A stretch of DNA of 64,000 bases from an uncultured Treponema sp. Its GTDB lineage: Bacteria; Spirochaetota; Spirochaetia; Treponematales; Treponemataceae. The stretch is taken from assembly GCA_946540605.1 (NCBI GenBank), contig CAMNIU010000195.1, forward strand, positions 43 to 64,042, in the 5' to 3' direction. Under the pieces are notes generated by a model. The model searched no databases. It was not told where the DNA came from and saw only the letters and a list, made by a program, of their open reading frames with translations. Positions 1-10,229 of this stretch are shown here, piece by piece; positions within the stretch are counted from its first letter, which is position 1, and every line of letters starts with the position of its first letter. A program made the position numbers and the translations under genes.

Positions 1-231
1 GATTCACCCAATATTTTTTCCCATCTAACCGCATTACATCAATCATATGTTTTAATACTTATTATAATTATAATCTTTTTTTGTCAGATTTCAATTATTA
101 TTTTTATTATATGGCAAAATTTAATCATTTTTTTGCACCTTTTTTGTTGATTTTTATAATTTTTTATTATAACAAAAAGTTTTCTTTTCAAAAAAGCTTG
201 TCTTACGCTATATTATTAATAGGAAAGAAAA

Positions 232-951
232 ATGAACAGTACACCTTACATTTATATAATCGAAGACGAAGAATCAATTTCTAAGCTCATCTCCCTTTAT
301 CTCACAAAAGAAAAAATGGATTCAAAGGCTTTTTTTAATGCAGAAGATGCACTTAAGGAGCTAAAAGACGGAAAACAGCCTAACCTTATAATTCTTGATT
401 TGAACCTTCCTGGAATGAGTGGATTTGATTTTCTTGAAGAACTCAAAACAATATACAATAAAGAAATTCCTTCCGTAATGATTCTTTCTGCACGTGATTC
501 TGATGAAGATATTATAAAAGGACTTGGTTATGGTGCTGATGAATTTGTAACAAAGCCATTTTCACCAGGTGTACTCATGGCCCGCATAAAAGCTAATCTT
601 CGCCGACAGAGTTTTGCTCTTGAAAAAATGGAAGATTACATTCAGTTTGGAAACTTTACCCTCCTTTTAGGCAGCTGCGTACTTAAAAAGAATGGTCAGA
701 AAGTTTCTCTTTCTTCGAAAGAATATGAAGTCCTTGAATTCCTTGTAAAAAATGCCGGGCAAGTTATATCTCCAGAAAGAATTTATCAGAATGTATGGAA
801 AGTAGAATACGGCGATATTACAGCAGTTGCAGTTTACATTCAGCGTTTACGAAAAAAAATCGAAGAAAATCCTTCTGATTGCAAATATATAAAGACAGAT
901 TTTGGAAAAGGCTATATATTTTCAGATGATGCGGTAACGCATAAAATCTAA
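232..951 (+). CDS. OmpR-family two-component response regulator
   Basis: Receiver domain (IIEDE, LDLNLPGMSG, SAR, GADEFVTKPF) plus winged-helix C-terminus (LSSKEYEVL...VYIQRLRKKIE...GKGY). Confidence 0.95.
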   Translation: MNSTPYIYIIEDEESISKLISLYLTKEKMDSKAFFNAEDALKELKDGKQPNLIILDLNLPGMSGFDFLEELKTIYNKEIPSVMILSARDSDEDIIKGLGYGADEFVTKPFSPGVLMARIKANLRRQSFALEKMEDYIQFGNFTLLLGSCVLKKNGQKVSLSSKEYEVLEFLVKNAGQVISPERIYQNVWKVEYGDITAVAVYIQRLRKKIEENPSDCKYIKTDFGKGYIFSDDAVTHKI

Positions 952-952
952 T

Positions 953-2332
953 ATGAAAATAAAACGCCAGTTTACACTTCTTTCATTTTTCATCATCTCA
1001 ATACCAGTTCTCTGTTCTATTTTTGTTATTATTCATACATATATCCATTCCCCTAGCAGATACCTCATAACAGGTTTTTCAAAAATTGAAAGAATGGATA
1101 TTCCTATGCTTTCAGAGAAAGACATCATTACTCTTGAACGTTCATTAAAAATGCTGCCGGAAGACGTAGAAGCTGTTTTATGCCGTACAAGTGACAGAAA
1201 AATTCTATATTCAACTATACCAGATATAAAAGTCGGCTCTCACATGGAAAGAAATGAAATCTGGAATTATGCAACTGAAACATCTGACAAATATTTTTAT
1301 CAGTTTTCCAGACTTCAACCTTTAGATACAGGACTTATTCTTGTAACACGGCTTTCAAGACAAAAAATTAATTCAACCGCAAAAACAAATCTTTATCTTA
1401 GAATATTACTTTTGATTATAACAATTGCAGTTATAAGTCTTATTCTTATTACGGCAATTTCAAAATCTATTTTCAATGGATTCAATAATATTCAAACTTC
1501 AAGCTCTCAGCTTGCCGAAGGTAAACTAGACTCACCAATTTCATATAACGAAGATACTCATAAACAGAATGAATTTATCTGTATTTTAAAAAGTCTGGAA
1601 AAAATGCGCTGCGAACTCGTAGAAATACAGGAACGCAAAAATCGTTTTATCATGGGAATCAGTCATGATCTTAGAACACCAGTTGCAGTAATAAAGGGAT
1701 ATTCAGAAGCAATTCAGGATGATGTCATTACAGACAAGGAAGAAATTAAAAAATCAATTGAACTGATAGAACAAAAAGCTACACAACTTGAAGGAATGAT
1801 TGATACGCTTATTAACTTTATGAAGTTAAATATCAAGGAGATTAAGGAAAATCTTGTAAAAGATTCCATAACTAAAATTATTAATGATTTTGGTAAATAT
1901 GCACAGGTTACCGGTGCACTCTTTAAGCGCAATGTAACAGTTAACATCTCTCTGAATGAAGACATTCAGGTTCCGCTTAATATTCAGCTTGTACAACGCT
2001 CATTTGAAAACATCTTCAGTAATGCAATCAGGTACACAAGGGAAAATGATGCTATTGATATTTCTGCTTATACAAGAAAAACAAACGGAAAACATATTTT
2101 ATTCCTTAAAATAAAAGATTCCGGCTGTGGAATTGATAAAAAAGATTTAGATTATATTTTTGATCTCTTTTATAGAGGAACCGCTTCTCGCCAGGAAGAA
2201 GGCATGGGCATTGGACTTGCGGTAGTAAAAAATATTATGGACACACACGGCTGGGAAATTGCAGTTGAATCTCAAAAAGGACATGGAACCTGTTTTACAA
2301 TTAAAATACCTTACATGCCGGTTTCAGCATAA
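953..2332 (+). CDS. Membrane sensor histidine kinase (HAMP-HisKA-HATPase)
   Basis: Two TM segments, H-box ISHDLRTP, N-box NIFSNAIRY, DSGCGI and GMGIGL G-boxes; starts 1 nt after the regulator. Confidence 0.95.
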   Translation: MKIKRQFTLLSFFIISIPVLCSIFVIIHTYIHSPSRYLITGFSKIERMDIPMLSEKDIITLERSLKMLPEDVEAVLCRTSDRKILYSTIPDIKVGSHMERNEIWNYATETSDKYFYQFSRLQPLDTGLILVTRLSRQKINSTAKTNLYLRILLLIITIAVISLILITAISKSIFNGFNNIQTSSSQLAEGKLDSPISYNEDTHKQNEFICILKSLEKMRCELVEIQERKNRFIMGISHDLRTPVAVIKGYSEAIQDDVITDKEEIKKSIELIEQKATQLEGMIDTLINFMKLNIKEIKENLVKDSITKIINDFGKYAQVTGALFKRNVTVNISLNEDIQVPLNIQLVQRSFENIFSNAIRYTRENDAIDISAYTRKTNGKHILFLKIKDSGCGIDKKDLDYIFDLFYRGTASRQEEGMGIGLAVVKNIMDTHGWEIAVESQKGHGTCFTIKIPYMPVSA

Positions 2333-3544
2333 CTCTTCAAGAAATCTGTTCAGGAAAAGCATACCTTCTCTATTAAGTCGATACAGCACGTCACCGGCTT
2401 TATTTGATACAGCATTTTTTACACAAAGACCCTTTTCTTCCCATTCAGAAAAAACTCGTATAAAATTCTCCGGTAATGGATTTTTAAAAACTTTTTCATA
2501 TTCTGATATATAAAAACCACGAAGTTTTCGTAAGCTCATCATAAAAAATTCAAATTCAGAAGTTTCTAAATCTATTTTTTCTTCATTTTGAATCAGCTGA
2601 AAATCTTGATTCTGAATCTTAGCGAATCCTTTACTTCCCCAAAAATCAATATATGATTCTATATTTTGTGAATTAGTCCAGCGAAAACCTTCACCGTTTT
2701 TAGCATAAACAGTTCCTGTTGCACCGCTGCCACATCCGAGATAATCTGCATGTGTCCAGTAAGCAAGATTATGCAAGCATTCTTTTCCAGGACGACTAAA
2801 ATTAGAAACTTCATACCATCCATAACCGTGAGATTCCAGAAAATCCCGTCCGGATAGCCATAGCCTGTCAGCCTTATCAAAATCATATTTTAAACTACCA
2901 GAATCAAGCATTTTTCCAAAGGGGGTTTCATCCTCTATAGTAAGAGAATATAGAGAAATATGAGAAGGGTTTATTTCACAAACTTCATTTAACGAAGCAA
3001 TCAAAGTTTTTTCATCATCTCCAGGAAGTCCAGAAATCAAATCAACAGAAATATCGCCGTTCCAGTTCTGATTCAGTAAATTTAGTGCATTTCTGTTAAT
3101 AAAAGCATTGGCACGGCGGCAAGCTTTCTTAAGAGCAGAATCATTCATACTCTGAATTCCACAGGAAATACGATTTACACCACATGCCGAAAGAGAATCA
3201 AGCAAATCCTTTGTAACATCATCTGGATTCACTTCGACAGTTATTTCACATTGCGCAGCAAGTTTTGTGGCACATTTTATTGTATTAAAAATTTGATTAA
3301 ATTGATTTTTTGAAAGAAGACTCGGTGTTCCGCCACCTACATAGATTGTATTTAACTGAGTAATTTGATATTGCTTAATTCGAAATTCTATTTCATTACA
3401 GAGCGAAGAAACATAATTATCCGGTATAAAAAATCCATTTTCTGAAGTCTTTTTACTCACCTGTGGCTTACTGAAAAAATCACAATAAGCACATTTTGAA
3501 ATGCAAAAAGGAATATGAATATAAAGAGAAGACTGCCCGCTCAT
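2324..3544 (-). CDS. hemW: Radical SAM heme chaperone HemW (HemN-like)
   Basis: LYIHIPFCISKCAYCDF (CxxxCxxC), GGGTPS, YEVSNF and HNLAYW (HNxxYW, typical of HemW). Confidence 0.9.
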   Translation of the reverse strand: MSGQSSLYIHIPFCISKCAYCDFFSKPQVSKKTSENGFFIPDNYVSSLCNEIEFRIKQYQITQLNTIYVGGGTPSLLSKNQFNQIFNTIKCATKLAAQCEITVEVNPDDVTKDLLDSLSACGVNRISCGIQSMNDSALKKACRRANAFINRNALNLLNQNWNGDISVDLISGLPGDDEKTLIASLNEVCEINPSHISLYSLTIEDETPFGKMLDSGSLKYDFDKADRLWLSGRDFLESHGYGWYEVSNFSRPGKECLHNLAYWTHADYLGCGSGATGTVYAKNGEGFRWTNSQNIESYIDFWGSKGFAKIQNQDFQLIQNEEKIDLETSEFEFFMMSLRKLRGFYISEYEKVFKNPLPENFIRVFSEWEEKGLCVKNAVSNKAGDVLYRLNREGMLFLNRFLEELC

Positions 3545-3556
3545 CTGCCTTATACT

Positions 3557-4255
3557 TTACAAAAGTTTAAAATTACGAAATGGAAAATAACACATTAAAA
3601 CTTTTGCCGCAATTTCGTCTTTTTTTACAGCACCCCAAAGTCTTGAATCATCAGAAGATTTTCTGTTATCTGCAAGAACAAAATACTCATTATACCCCAG
3701 AGTAATTTCATCAAAGGAACCTTTTACACCAATTTCAGTATCCCAGTCTGCAGGAGGAACATAAAAAGTTACATTATAAGGCTCTTCTACAATTTCAAAC
3801 TCTGTAAGAAAATGTCGTTCACCAGCCGGTTTTATATATAAAACATAATCTCTCATATAAATTGTATCACCTGGCATACCAACAACACGTCTTACATGAG
3901 ACTTAGACGAAGGAAGATCATTATGTTCAAACAAAGAAATCTGCTGGGCAGTAAAAAAACGAACAAGGCGATTTACCTGGGAAATAAAAAAGTTCTTTTT
4001 TGGTGAAAATCTTGACTCAAGTAAAACAACATCACCGCGTTCAAAATTTCCAGCTACAGGTGAAACCATTACAACAGATTTTTCTGGAATATCAGGAATC
4101 ATAGAAACTGAATTCTGACGAACAGGATATATAAGATATGAAATTACAACATTTATAAAGATATAAAGGCAGATAAAAAATAAAATTACAAAGCCGATTC
4201 TTCTGCGGCGTTCCTTTTTCATCTGATAAGAAAAGATTTCACCATTATGTTTCAA
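3557..4255 (-). CDS. lepB: Signal peptidase I family (S26) protein
   Basis: N-terminal TM, SVSMIP (Ser box), RRVVGMPGD, YFVLADNRKSSDDSRLWG; TTG start; the usual catalytic Lys appears as Arg. Confidence 0.85.
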   Translation of the reverse strand: MKHNGEIFSYQMKKERRRRIGFVILFFICLYIFINVVISYLIYPVRQNSVSMIPDIPEKSVVMVSPVAGNFERGDVVLLESRFSPKKNFFISQVNRLVRFFTAQQISLFEHNDLPSSKSHVRRVVGMPGDTIYMRDYVLYIKPAGERHFLTEFEIVEEPYNVTFYVPPADWDTEIGVKGSFDEITLGYNEYFVLADNRKSSDDSRLWGAVKKDEIAAKVLMCYFPFRNFKLL

Positions 4256-4326
4256 AATTCCACCCCATTTTGCATTTATTATAAATTATCAAAAAAAATA
4301 ATTTCATACAAGTTGTAAATAAGCCG

Positions 4327-4502
4327 TAAAAAATCTGAATTGCTCCCGCTGCGGTCAATCAGCAAACCGCTGGCGTACCGTTTTTGGGTAAGAAAAAAGC
4401 AATTTTCACAAGTGAAAACTGCTTTTTTCTTTTTATGCAAGTCTGCAAAGACGTTACGATGCGGTTCGCTGCTTGCCGCCGCTCCGCAATTCAGATTTTT
4501 TA
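4327..4502. repeat. 176-bp GC-richer palindromic element (MITE-like or structured RNA)
   Basis: Perfect 17-bp terminal inverted repeat TAAAAAATCTGAATTGC (4327-4343) / GCAATTCAGATTTTTTA (4486-4502); inner 19-bp stem 4391-4409/4412-4430 with one mismatch; flanking arms also pair. Confidence 0.75.
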
Positions 4503-4561
4503 TAACATTTTTTCAATTTATAAAAATATGTAACCATTACAACGTATATTTTTTTTGATAG

Positions 4562-4590
4562 TTGAAAGGCATAAAACTATACTTTATAAT
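4562..4590 (+). promoter_or_regulatory. sigma70-type promoter of smpB
   Basis: TTGAAA-17 bp-TATAAT, 8 nt upstream of the ATG at 4599. Confidence 0.6.
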
Positions 4591-4598
4591 GTAATATT

Positions 4599-5060
4599 AT
4601 GTCCGACAGAAAGATTATTGCAGAAAACAGAAAGGCCAGATTTGACTATTTTATTGAAGATACCTATGAATGCGGTATTGTCCTTCAGGGTACGGAAGTT
4701 AAATCTGTAAAGAATGGTAATATCTCATTTCCTGACGCCTTTGCAGAAATTGTAAATGGCGAGGTTTGGGTAAAAAACTTTCACATTTCTGAATATTCTT
4801 TCTCTTCTATTTTTAATCACAATCCGGATAGGCCTAAAAAACTTCTGCTTCATGCCGAAGAAATAAAAAGGCTTACCCGCCGTGTGGAAGAAAAAGGATG
4901 TACCCTGATTCCACTGGACTTTTACCTTAAAGACGGACGTGTAAAAGTAACACTTGGAGTCTGTAAAGGTAAAAAAATGTATGACAAGCGTGCCAGCATA
5001 AAAGACCGCGATATTCAAAGAGACATTCAACGCGAATTTGCAGGCAAACTGAGAGGTTAA
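4599..5060 (+). CDS. smpB: SsrA-binding protein SmpB
   Basis: NRKARFDYFI, GIVLQGTEVKSV, KKLLLH, GKKMYDKR. Confidence 0.98.
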   Translation: MSDRKIIAENRKARFDYFIEDTYECGIVLQGTEVKSVKNGNISFPDAFAEIVNGEVWVKNFHISEYSFSSIFNHNPDRPKKLLLHAEEIKRLTRRVEEKGCTLIPLDFYLKDGRVKVTLGVCKGKKMYDKRASIKDRDIQRDIQREFAGKLRG

Positions 5061-5061
5061 T

Positions 5062-5943
5062 TTGACGGATAAGAAGGATTTTTTCAAAAAATCAACTGCA
5101 ATATCCATCATTCTCATTCTTTTTTCTCACCCTATGTTTTCTCAGAGCTACAACATAGATTATTATGGCATTGTTTCTACAGAAATTGATGCTAATATGT
5201 CTAAAATGACAAGCGATCTTTACTACACTCAACTTTCAGAAATCAACAACTTTTCCATTTCAGACAAACGCTCTACTCCAAGCCTTGCAGAACGTCCTGA
5301 TGCAGAAGCATTTTCTAGCAGTTCTCTTTCATTCTTTACACTCATAAATAAAGATACAAACTCTGACAAATGGATTACAACCTATTTTGTTGTAGACAAA
5401 GCACATAACGAAGAACACTCAAAGAAAAAAATATACGATTCCTTCTATAAGATACTTATGGAACCAAAGGATGTCTTAAAGAATACTATTAAACAACTTA
5501 TTGAAAACGATACATCTGCAACTACAATTACGGCATCTGTACAGGAACAATCAAGTTCCGGCAATTCAGCAATTACTTCTACCGAAGAACTTTCCGGTAC
5601 ATGGAGCGGTGAAGATAACATCAATAAAATTGTAATTATGCGCGGAGGAAGAGGTTTTGTAATCTTTAATAACGGCGCATCCATGAACATAACAGTAGAA
5701 CTTTCCGGCTCAGATAGCAGTAAAACTGTACTTGTAAAACAAAAAGGCAATTCTAATGCTTCGTTCTACCCGGACTTAAAACGTACAGCTGCCCTTACCG
5801 CTGCAGTTTCTGCAGCTCCAATAAAATGGACACTAAATCTTACTGATTCAAATACATTAAAAGGAATAAAAGACACACTTCTTCCAGATGGTGATAACTA
5901 TAAGGAAGGAAGTGTTAATGTAATCTGGACACGAATTAATTAA
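5062..5943 (+). CDS. Exported treponemal hypothetical protein (TP0183-like by position)
   Basis: Signal peptide; directly follows smpB; TTG start; family call rests on synteny memory only. Confidence 0.6.
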   Translation: MTDKKDFFKKSTAISIILILFSHPMFSQSYNIDYYGIVSTEIDANMSKMTSDLYYTQLSEINNFSISDKRSTPSLAERPDAEAFSSSSLSFFTLINKDTNSDKWITTYFVVDKAHNEEHSKKKIYDSFYKILMEPKDVLKNTIKQLIENDTSATTITASVQEQSSSGNSAITSTEELSGTWSGEDNINKIVIMRGGRGFVIFNNGASMNITVELSGSDSSKTVLVKQKGNSNASFYPDLKRTAALTAAVSAAPIKWTLNLTDSNTLKGIKDTLLPDGDNYKEGSVNVIWTRIN

Positions 5944-6458
5944 ATCTGTGGAAGATCGTAAACAGGAATACCAGTAACAATCGGCTTCTTGTTTTTGCCA
6001 ATTACTATATTTCCAGAACTGATATCATATAAAAAGAAAATAATCAAAAATAGAAGTGCAAAACCTAAGCCAACAATTTTACATACTTTTTCAGGAATAA
6101 ATTCAGGGTCTTCATGACGAATCACAGTTCCTGTATCATACAAAGTAGTTTGTGCAGGTTTTAGACCGGTAATTTTAACCAGTTTTTCACCATCGCTCAC
6201 ATAATCAAGCTTATGAGCATAAGAGGCAATTACGGCACGGTCATTTTTTAATGCGGCAAGTTCAAGAGTAAGCTCACTGTTAATATTTTGAATTTCGGAC
6301 GTTTGTTTGCTTATAATACGCTTCTGTTCCTCCATCTGATTATAACAATGGATACTGTTTTGTCCAAAAGAAACGGATAGAAGAACATAAACAAAGGTTC
6401 CTAAAAATATTGCCGCCAAATACTTTGTACGATTCATAGATAATTTACTTATCGGCAA
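5940..6458 (-). CDS. Septum formation initiator (FtsB/DivIC-like) membrane protein
   Basis: N-terminal TM ending FGQNSI, coiled coil, AHKLDYVSDGEK resembling the AR..LG.V..GE motif; extra C-terminal TM; true start may be M(NRTK). Confidence 0.6.
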   Translation of the reverse strand: MPISKLSMNRTKYLAAIFLGTFVYVLLSVSFGQNSIHCYNQMEEQKRIISKQTSEIQNINSELTLELAALKNDRAVIASYAHKLDYVSDGEKLVKITGLKPAQTTLYDTGTVIRHEDPEFIPEKVCKIVGLGFALLFLIIFFLYDISSGNIVIGKNKKPIVTGIPVYDLPQI

Positions 6459-6587
6459 TAATTTCTGTTTTCTGAAACGAAAAGATGTGATATAATATAA
6501 AAAAGTAATATTAATTTTTCTCTATTATTTTAGGTTCTCTATGCCGATAATAAAAAAGAATATTAATATCCGAACGAGAGGAGCTAT

Positions 6588-9425
6588 ATGAGTAAATCTG
6601 ATGACAATACAAATGAACTTGAGAGTTACGGTGTCTGGGTTAAAAATTCAGCAGGAAAAGAAGAGGTTCCTGATACCCCAGCAGACACATCGGATGAACT
6701 GAATCTTGATGCCGGCGGATTGGATTTACCAGATTTCGACGACTCCGACTTTTCTGATATGTTCAAAGAAGAACCACAAAGTTCTGATGGCAGTTTGCTT
6801 GATGACTTTGGAAGTGAAGATGATACTACACTCAGTACAGATGAACTTGCAAATATAACAGACGGATTTGAGGTTGAAGAGGTTGAAGCTCCGGCAGAAA
6901 CTGATGATTTAGATCTCGGAGATTTGGATTTTACCTCAGAAAATAACGAAACTGTTTCAGAAGATACTTCTACAGATGATATCACAATAGAAGATACAGA
7001 TAATTCTTCTGAAGAAATTAATTTTGATGATATTTCAACAGAAGAGATTACTACAGAAGATACAACAACAGAAGATGTAAGTTTTGATATAGAAGAACCT
7101 GCTGATGAAACTCCTTCAGAAGAAGAAGTTGCTGTTGAATCTGAAGAAGTTACCTTTGGCGAAGATGAAGAGATTTCTCTTGACGACTTTATGGACGGTG
7201 GCTTCTCTGACGAATCTGTTGCAGCCGGAAATAATGGTTATGAACCTGGCGCTCAGCCGGAAGTTGCAGCTTCTGATACAGAAGAACTTTCTCTTGATGA
7301 CTTTATGGATGGAAGTTCCTTCGATTCAGCTCCTGTAGAAGCACAGAAAGAAGAAGAAATTATTGAAGATGAAGCTCCTCTTGATATGGATATCAGCTTT
7401 GATGATTCTGCTGATTCAGTAGAAACAGAAGATAATATTTCTCTCGACATTACTTCAGATGACGATGACACTGATTATGATACAGATGAAACAGAAAGCA
7501 TAGAAACAGAAGAAGTTTCTATGGATGATTTTGGGTCAAGTTTTACCGCAGAAGAATCCCCTGCCCCATCTTCAGGCTCAGACAATATCAGCACAGAAGA
7601 TGTTGATCTTTCTGACTTTGGTATTGATGCGGATGCAGAAGAAACTCCTATTGTTCAGGACGTAGAAGAAGCAAAGAACAAAGAAAAGATTGTCGATTAT
7701 GATCTTTCGGTTGGAGATGAAAATACTGCAACTGCGCCTGTCGTAAATGAAATCAAATCAGATGCTGTAGAACAGGATGTTGAAGATACTGTTACAACAG
7801 CTCCAGCAGAAACACCAGCCCCTGCAAATACGACATCTGTTGATAATTCTTTACTCCAGCAGATTGTTTCTGAACTTTCAAGTCTTAAAGACGAAATGAA
7901 CAAGCTTAAAACTAACATCGAAGAAATTAAGACTAAAGAAAATTCAGTAAGTCCTGCAACAGCAATTGCCGCAGGTGCTGCAGTAGTAGCCACTGGTGCC
8001 GCAGTTGCAGCAGCTACAGAAACTGATGAGATTCCTGAGGCAAAAGATGAAGGCGGATTCTTTAGCGATGATGATGGTGATGATACAATTGCTTTATCCT
8101 TCGATGAACTTGATAACATCATGAACACAGCAGACTTTGCAGAGACTGTTGAAGCATCAGATGAAAATACAGAAACAGAAGAACCTGCAGAAGAAAAGGT
8201 TCCGGAAGAGCCTGTTGTTGAAGAACCAGTTGAAACACCTGCTGCAGAAGAAGTTGTTACTGAGGAAATTGCAGAAGAAACTCCTGTAGAAGAAGTTGTT
8301 ATTTCTGAAGAACCAGTTATTGAAGAAACTGCAGTTGGATTAGATGAAACTTTTGATATTGCAGAAGAAGAAGCTCCTGCATTTGAAGAAATCTCTTCTG
8401 AAGAGTCAGTTAATGATGTAACACAAACTTCAGATGATACAGTATTCGAAGAATCAATCATTACATCTGAACCAGAAGCTGTTGAAACAGAATCAATTGA
8501 TAACGAAATTGAAAATGCTGTTTCAACAGAAAGCGATACTTCACTTGATGACATTACTTTTGATGAGGAAGAATCAAAAGAAGATCTTTCTTTTGATTTC
8601 TCTGATGAAAAACTTGAAGAACCTGAAATTGACGAATTTATTCCAGACGGAAATGACGAACTTTATGAAAATGAAGAACTTCCAGATGAGATTTCAATTC
8701 CAAAGGAAGAAGATTTACTTGTTGAATCAACTTCATCTGATTTTATGGATTCTGTAAAAGATACTACAGAAGAAACTGAAGTATCTCCAGAGTTTGTTGA
8801 AGAAGACAATCTTGAAGAAGATACAACAGATCTTCCTTCAGAACTTCCAGATGAATTCGAAACATCTGCTGTTGAGGATACAGTTGAAGAAACTGTAGTA
8901 GAAACTATCGAAGAACCAGTTGTAGAAGATACAATTGAAGAAACAGTTGAAGAATCTACAGAAGAACCTGTCATTGAAACAGAAGAAACAATCACAGAAG
9001 AAATTGATGATGATATTCCAACTGTAGATAAACTTCTTGCCAGCGATGTTGAAGAAGAAGTTACTCCAGACGAACCTGTATTTGACGAAACTTCAGTAGA
9101 ATCAGCTGAAGTCGAAGAACCAGAAGTAGAAGAAACTGTAGAAGGTGAAACAGAAGAAGCTGTTCAGTCAAACGAAGTTTCTTTTGCAGAAGTTGATAAT
9201 CTTGATAATTCACTTTCTGAAAGCAATCTTGCATATCTTGACAAACAGGAAAATTCAGCAAGTGATTCAGTTGCAAATGCAGACCTTAAACAGGATATCA
9301 AATCTGTTCTTCTTTATATGGATCAGCTCCTTGAAAACCTGCCTGAAGATAAGATTATTGAGTTCGCTAAATCTGACGAATTCGTTACATATAAGAAATT
9401 GTTCTCTGAATTAGGACTCTCTTGA
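6588..9425 (+). CDS. Highly acidic, largely disordered cytoplasmic protein with helical C-terminal domain
   Basis: 945 aa dominated by D/E; SD GAGGAG; internal coiled coil (LLQQIVSELSSLKDEMNKLK); C-terminal LKQDIKSVLLYMDQLLENLPEDKIIEFAKS...YKKLFSELG. Confidence 0.85.
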   Translation: MSKSDDNTNELESYGVWVKNSAGKEEVPDTPADTSDELNLDAGGLDLPDFDDSDFSDMFKEEPQSSDGSLLDDFGSEDDTTLSTDELANITDGFEVEEVEAPAETDDLDLGDLDFTSENNETVSEDTSTDDITIEDTDNSSEEINFDDISTEEITTEDTTTEDVSFDIEEPADETPSEEEVAVESEEVTFGEDEEISLDDFMDGGFSDESVAAGNNGYEPGAQPEVAASDTEELSLDDFMDGSSFDSAPVEAQKEEEIIEDEAPLDMDISFDDSADSVETEDNISLDITSDDDDTDYDTDETESIETEEVSMDDFGSSFTAEESPAPSSGSDNISTEDVDLSDFGIDADAEETPIVQDVEEAKNKEKIVDYDLSVGDENTATAPVVNEIKSDAVEQDVEDTVTTAPAETPAPANTTSVDNSLLQQIVSELSSLKDEMNKLKTNIEEIKTKENSVSPATAIAAGAAVVATGAAVAAATETDEIPEAKDEGGFFSDDDGDDTIALSFDELDNIMNTADFAETVEASDENTETEEPAEEKVPEEPVVEEPVETPAAEEVVTEEIAEETPVEEVVISEEPVIEETAVGLDETFDIAEEEAPAFEEISSEESVNDVTQTSDDTVFEESIITSEPEAVETESIDNEIENAVSTESDTSLDDITFDEEESKEDLSFDFSDEKLEEPEIDEFIPDGNDELYENEELPDEISIPKEEDLLVESTSSDFMDSVKDTTEETEVSPEFVEEDNLEEDTTDLPSELPDEFETSAVEDTVEETVVETIEEPVVEDTIEETVEESTEEPVIETEETITEEIDDDIPTVDKLLASDVEEEVTPDEPVFDETSVESAEVEEPEVEETVEGETEEAVQSNEVSFAEVDNLDNSLSESNLAYLDKQENSASDSVANADLKQDIKSVLLYMDQLLENLPEDKIIEFAKSDEFVTYKKLFSELGLS

Positions 9426-9426
9426 T

Positions 9427-10227
9427 ATGGGACTTCTTTCACGAGCCAGCACTTTGGATGAAATTGAATTCAAACAAGGGCTGGCTTTTTCTGATTTTGT
9501 TTTAAAGTATTCTTTAAAATCCTCAGCTATGCTTGAACCTAATGATATGTATTATATCATTACACAGAGCATTGATTTTGATGCCAATTCAATAATCAAT
9601 TCATTTTCCACTTGTGATTTCTGGAATGGAATCTGTAAAGAAAATCAGAAAATCTATAATTTCACAGGAAATGACATTTCTCCACTTCTTCAATTATTTT
9701 CTTCAAACATGAAAGATGAAATTAAAGAAGTATATATTTATAGAAATTCATCATCAAAAATATTATTAAGCTTAAATGAAATTACAAAAGAAGCAGCAGA
9801 AGACTTTGAAAATATAACTTCTGATGTACATTCAATTAATATTTTCGCACTTAATCCACAAATCAAAGAAAATACAGCAGTTATAAAATTAATGATTGAT
9901 TTTTCAGAGGCAATTGAAAGTTTTATTCAATCAGAAATCAAGAATAATGATTCATTATTTGAAAAAGCACAAATGTCAATTTTTAATGAAATTTACAATC
10001 GCTTTGTATGTTTTTATAATTTACCAGATGCTACAGTCAAGGCTGGAAAATATCTTTTAAAAACAGTTTTTATCACAGGAAAAGCTTATTCAGTGGAATT
10101 AATTACAAATCATTTTATTTTTATTTTGCGTCAATTACTCGGAAATAATGCAGAACTGATAAGAGTTGATTATTGCGGGGCTGCAACTTCCTGTGAGCAG
10201 ATACAAAACTTTTTACAGGCGGAATAG
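9427..10227 (+). CDS. Hypothetical protein
   Basis: 266-aa ORF tightly packed in the operon (1-2 nt gaps). Confidence 0.7.
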   Translation: MGLLSRASTLDEIEFKQGLAFSDFVLKYSLKSSAMLEPNDMYYIITQSIDFDANSIINSFSTCDFWNGICKENQKIYNFTGNDISPLLQLFSSNMKDEIKEVYIYRNSSSKILLSLNEITKEAAEDFENITSDVHSINIFALNPQIKENTAVIKLMIDFSEAIESFIQSEIKNNDSLFEKAQMSIFNEIYNRFVCFYNLPDATVKAGKYLLKTVFITGKAYSVELITNHFIFILRQLLGNNAELIRVDYCGAATSCEQIQNFLQAE

Positions 10228-10229
10228 TT

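Noticed and set aside
81-284. 67-aa ORF upstream of the response regulator
   Set aside because: TTG start in AT-rich promoter DNA, low complexity, overlaps the real gene out of frame
4340-4558. 72-aa ORF, or tmRNA next to smpB
   Set aside because: The ORF runs across the palindromic element; no tmRNA features (GGGG 5' end, tag peptide, T-loop/CCA end) and the element is too short
6626-8995. Ser-rich antisense ORFs (e.g. 7697..8554, 285 aa)
   Set aside because: Shadow frames produced by GAA/GAT-rich codons of the acidic protein; the same applies to 13666..14019
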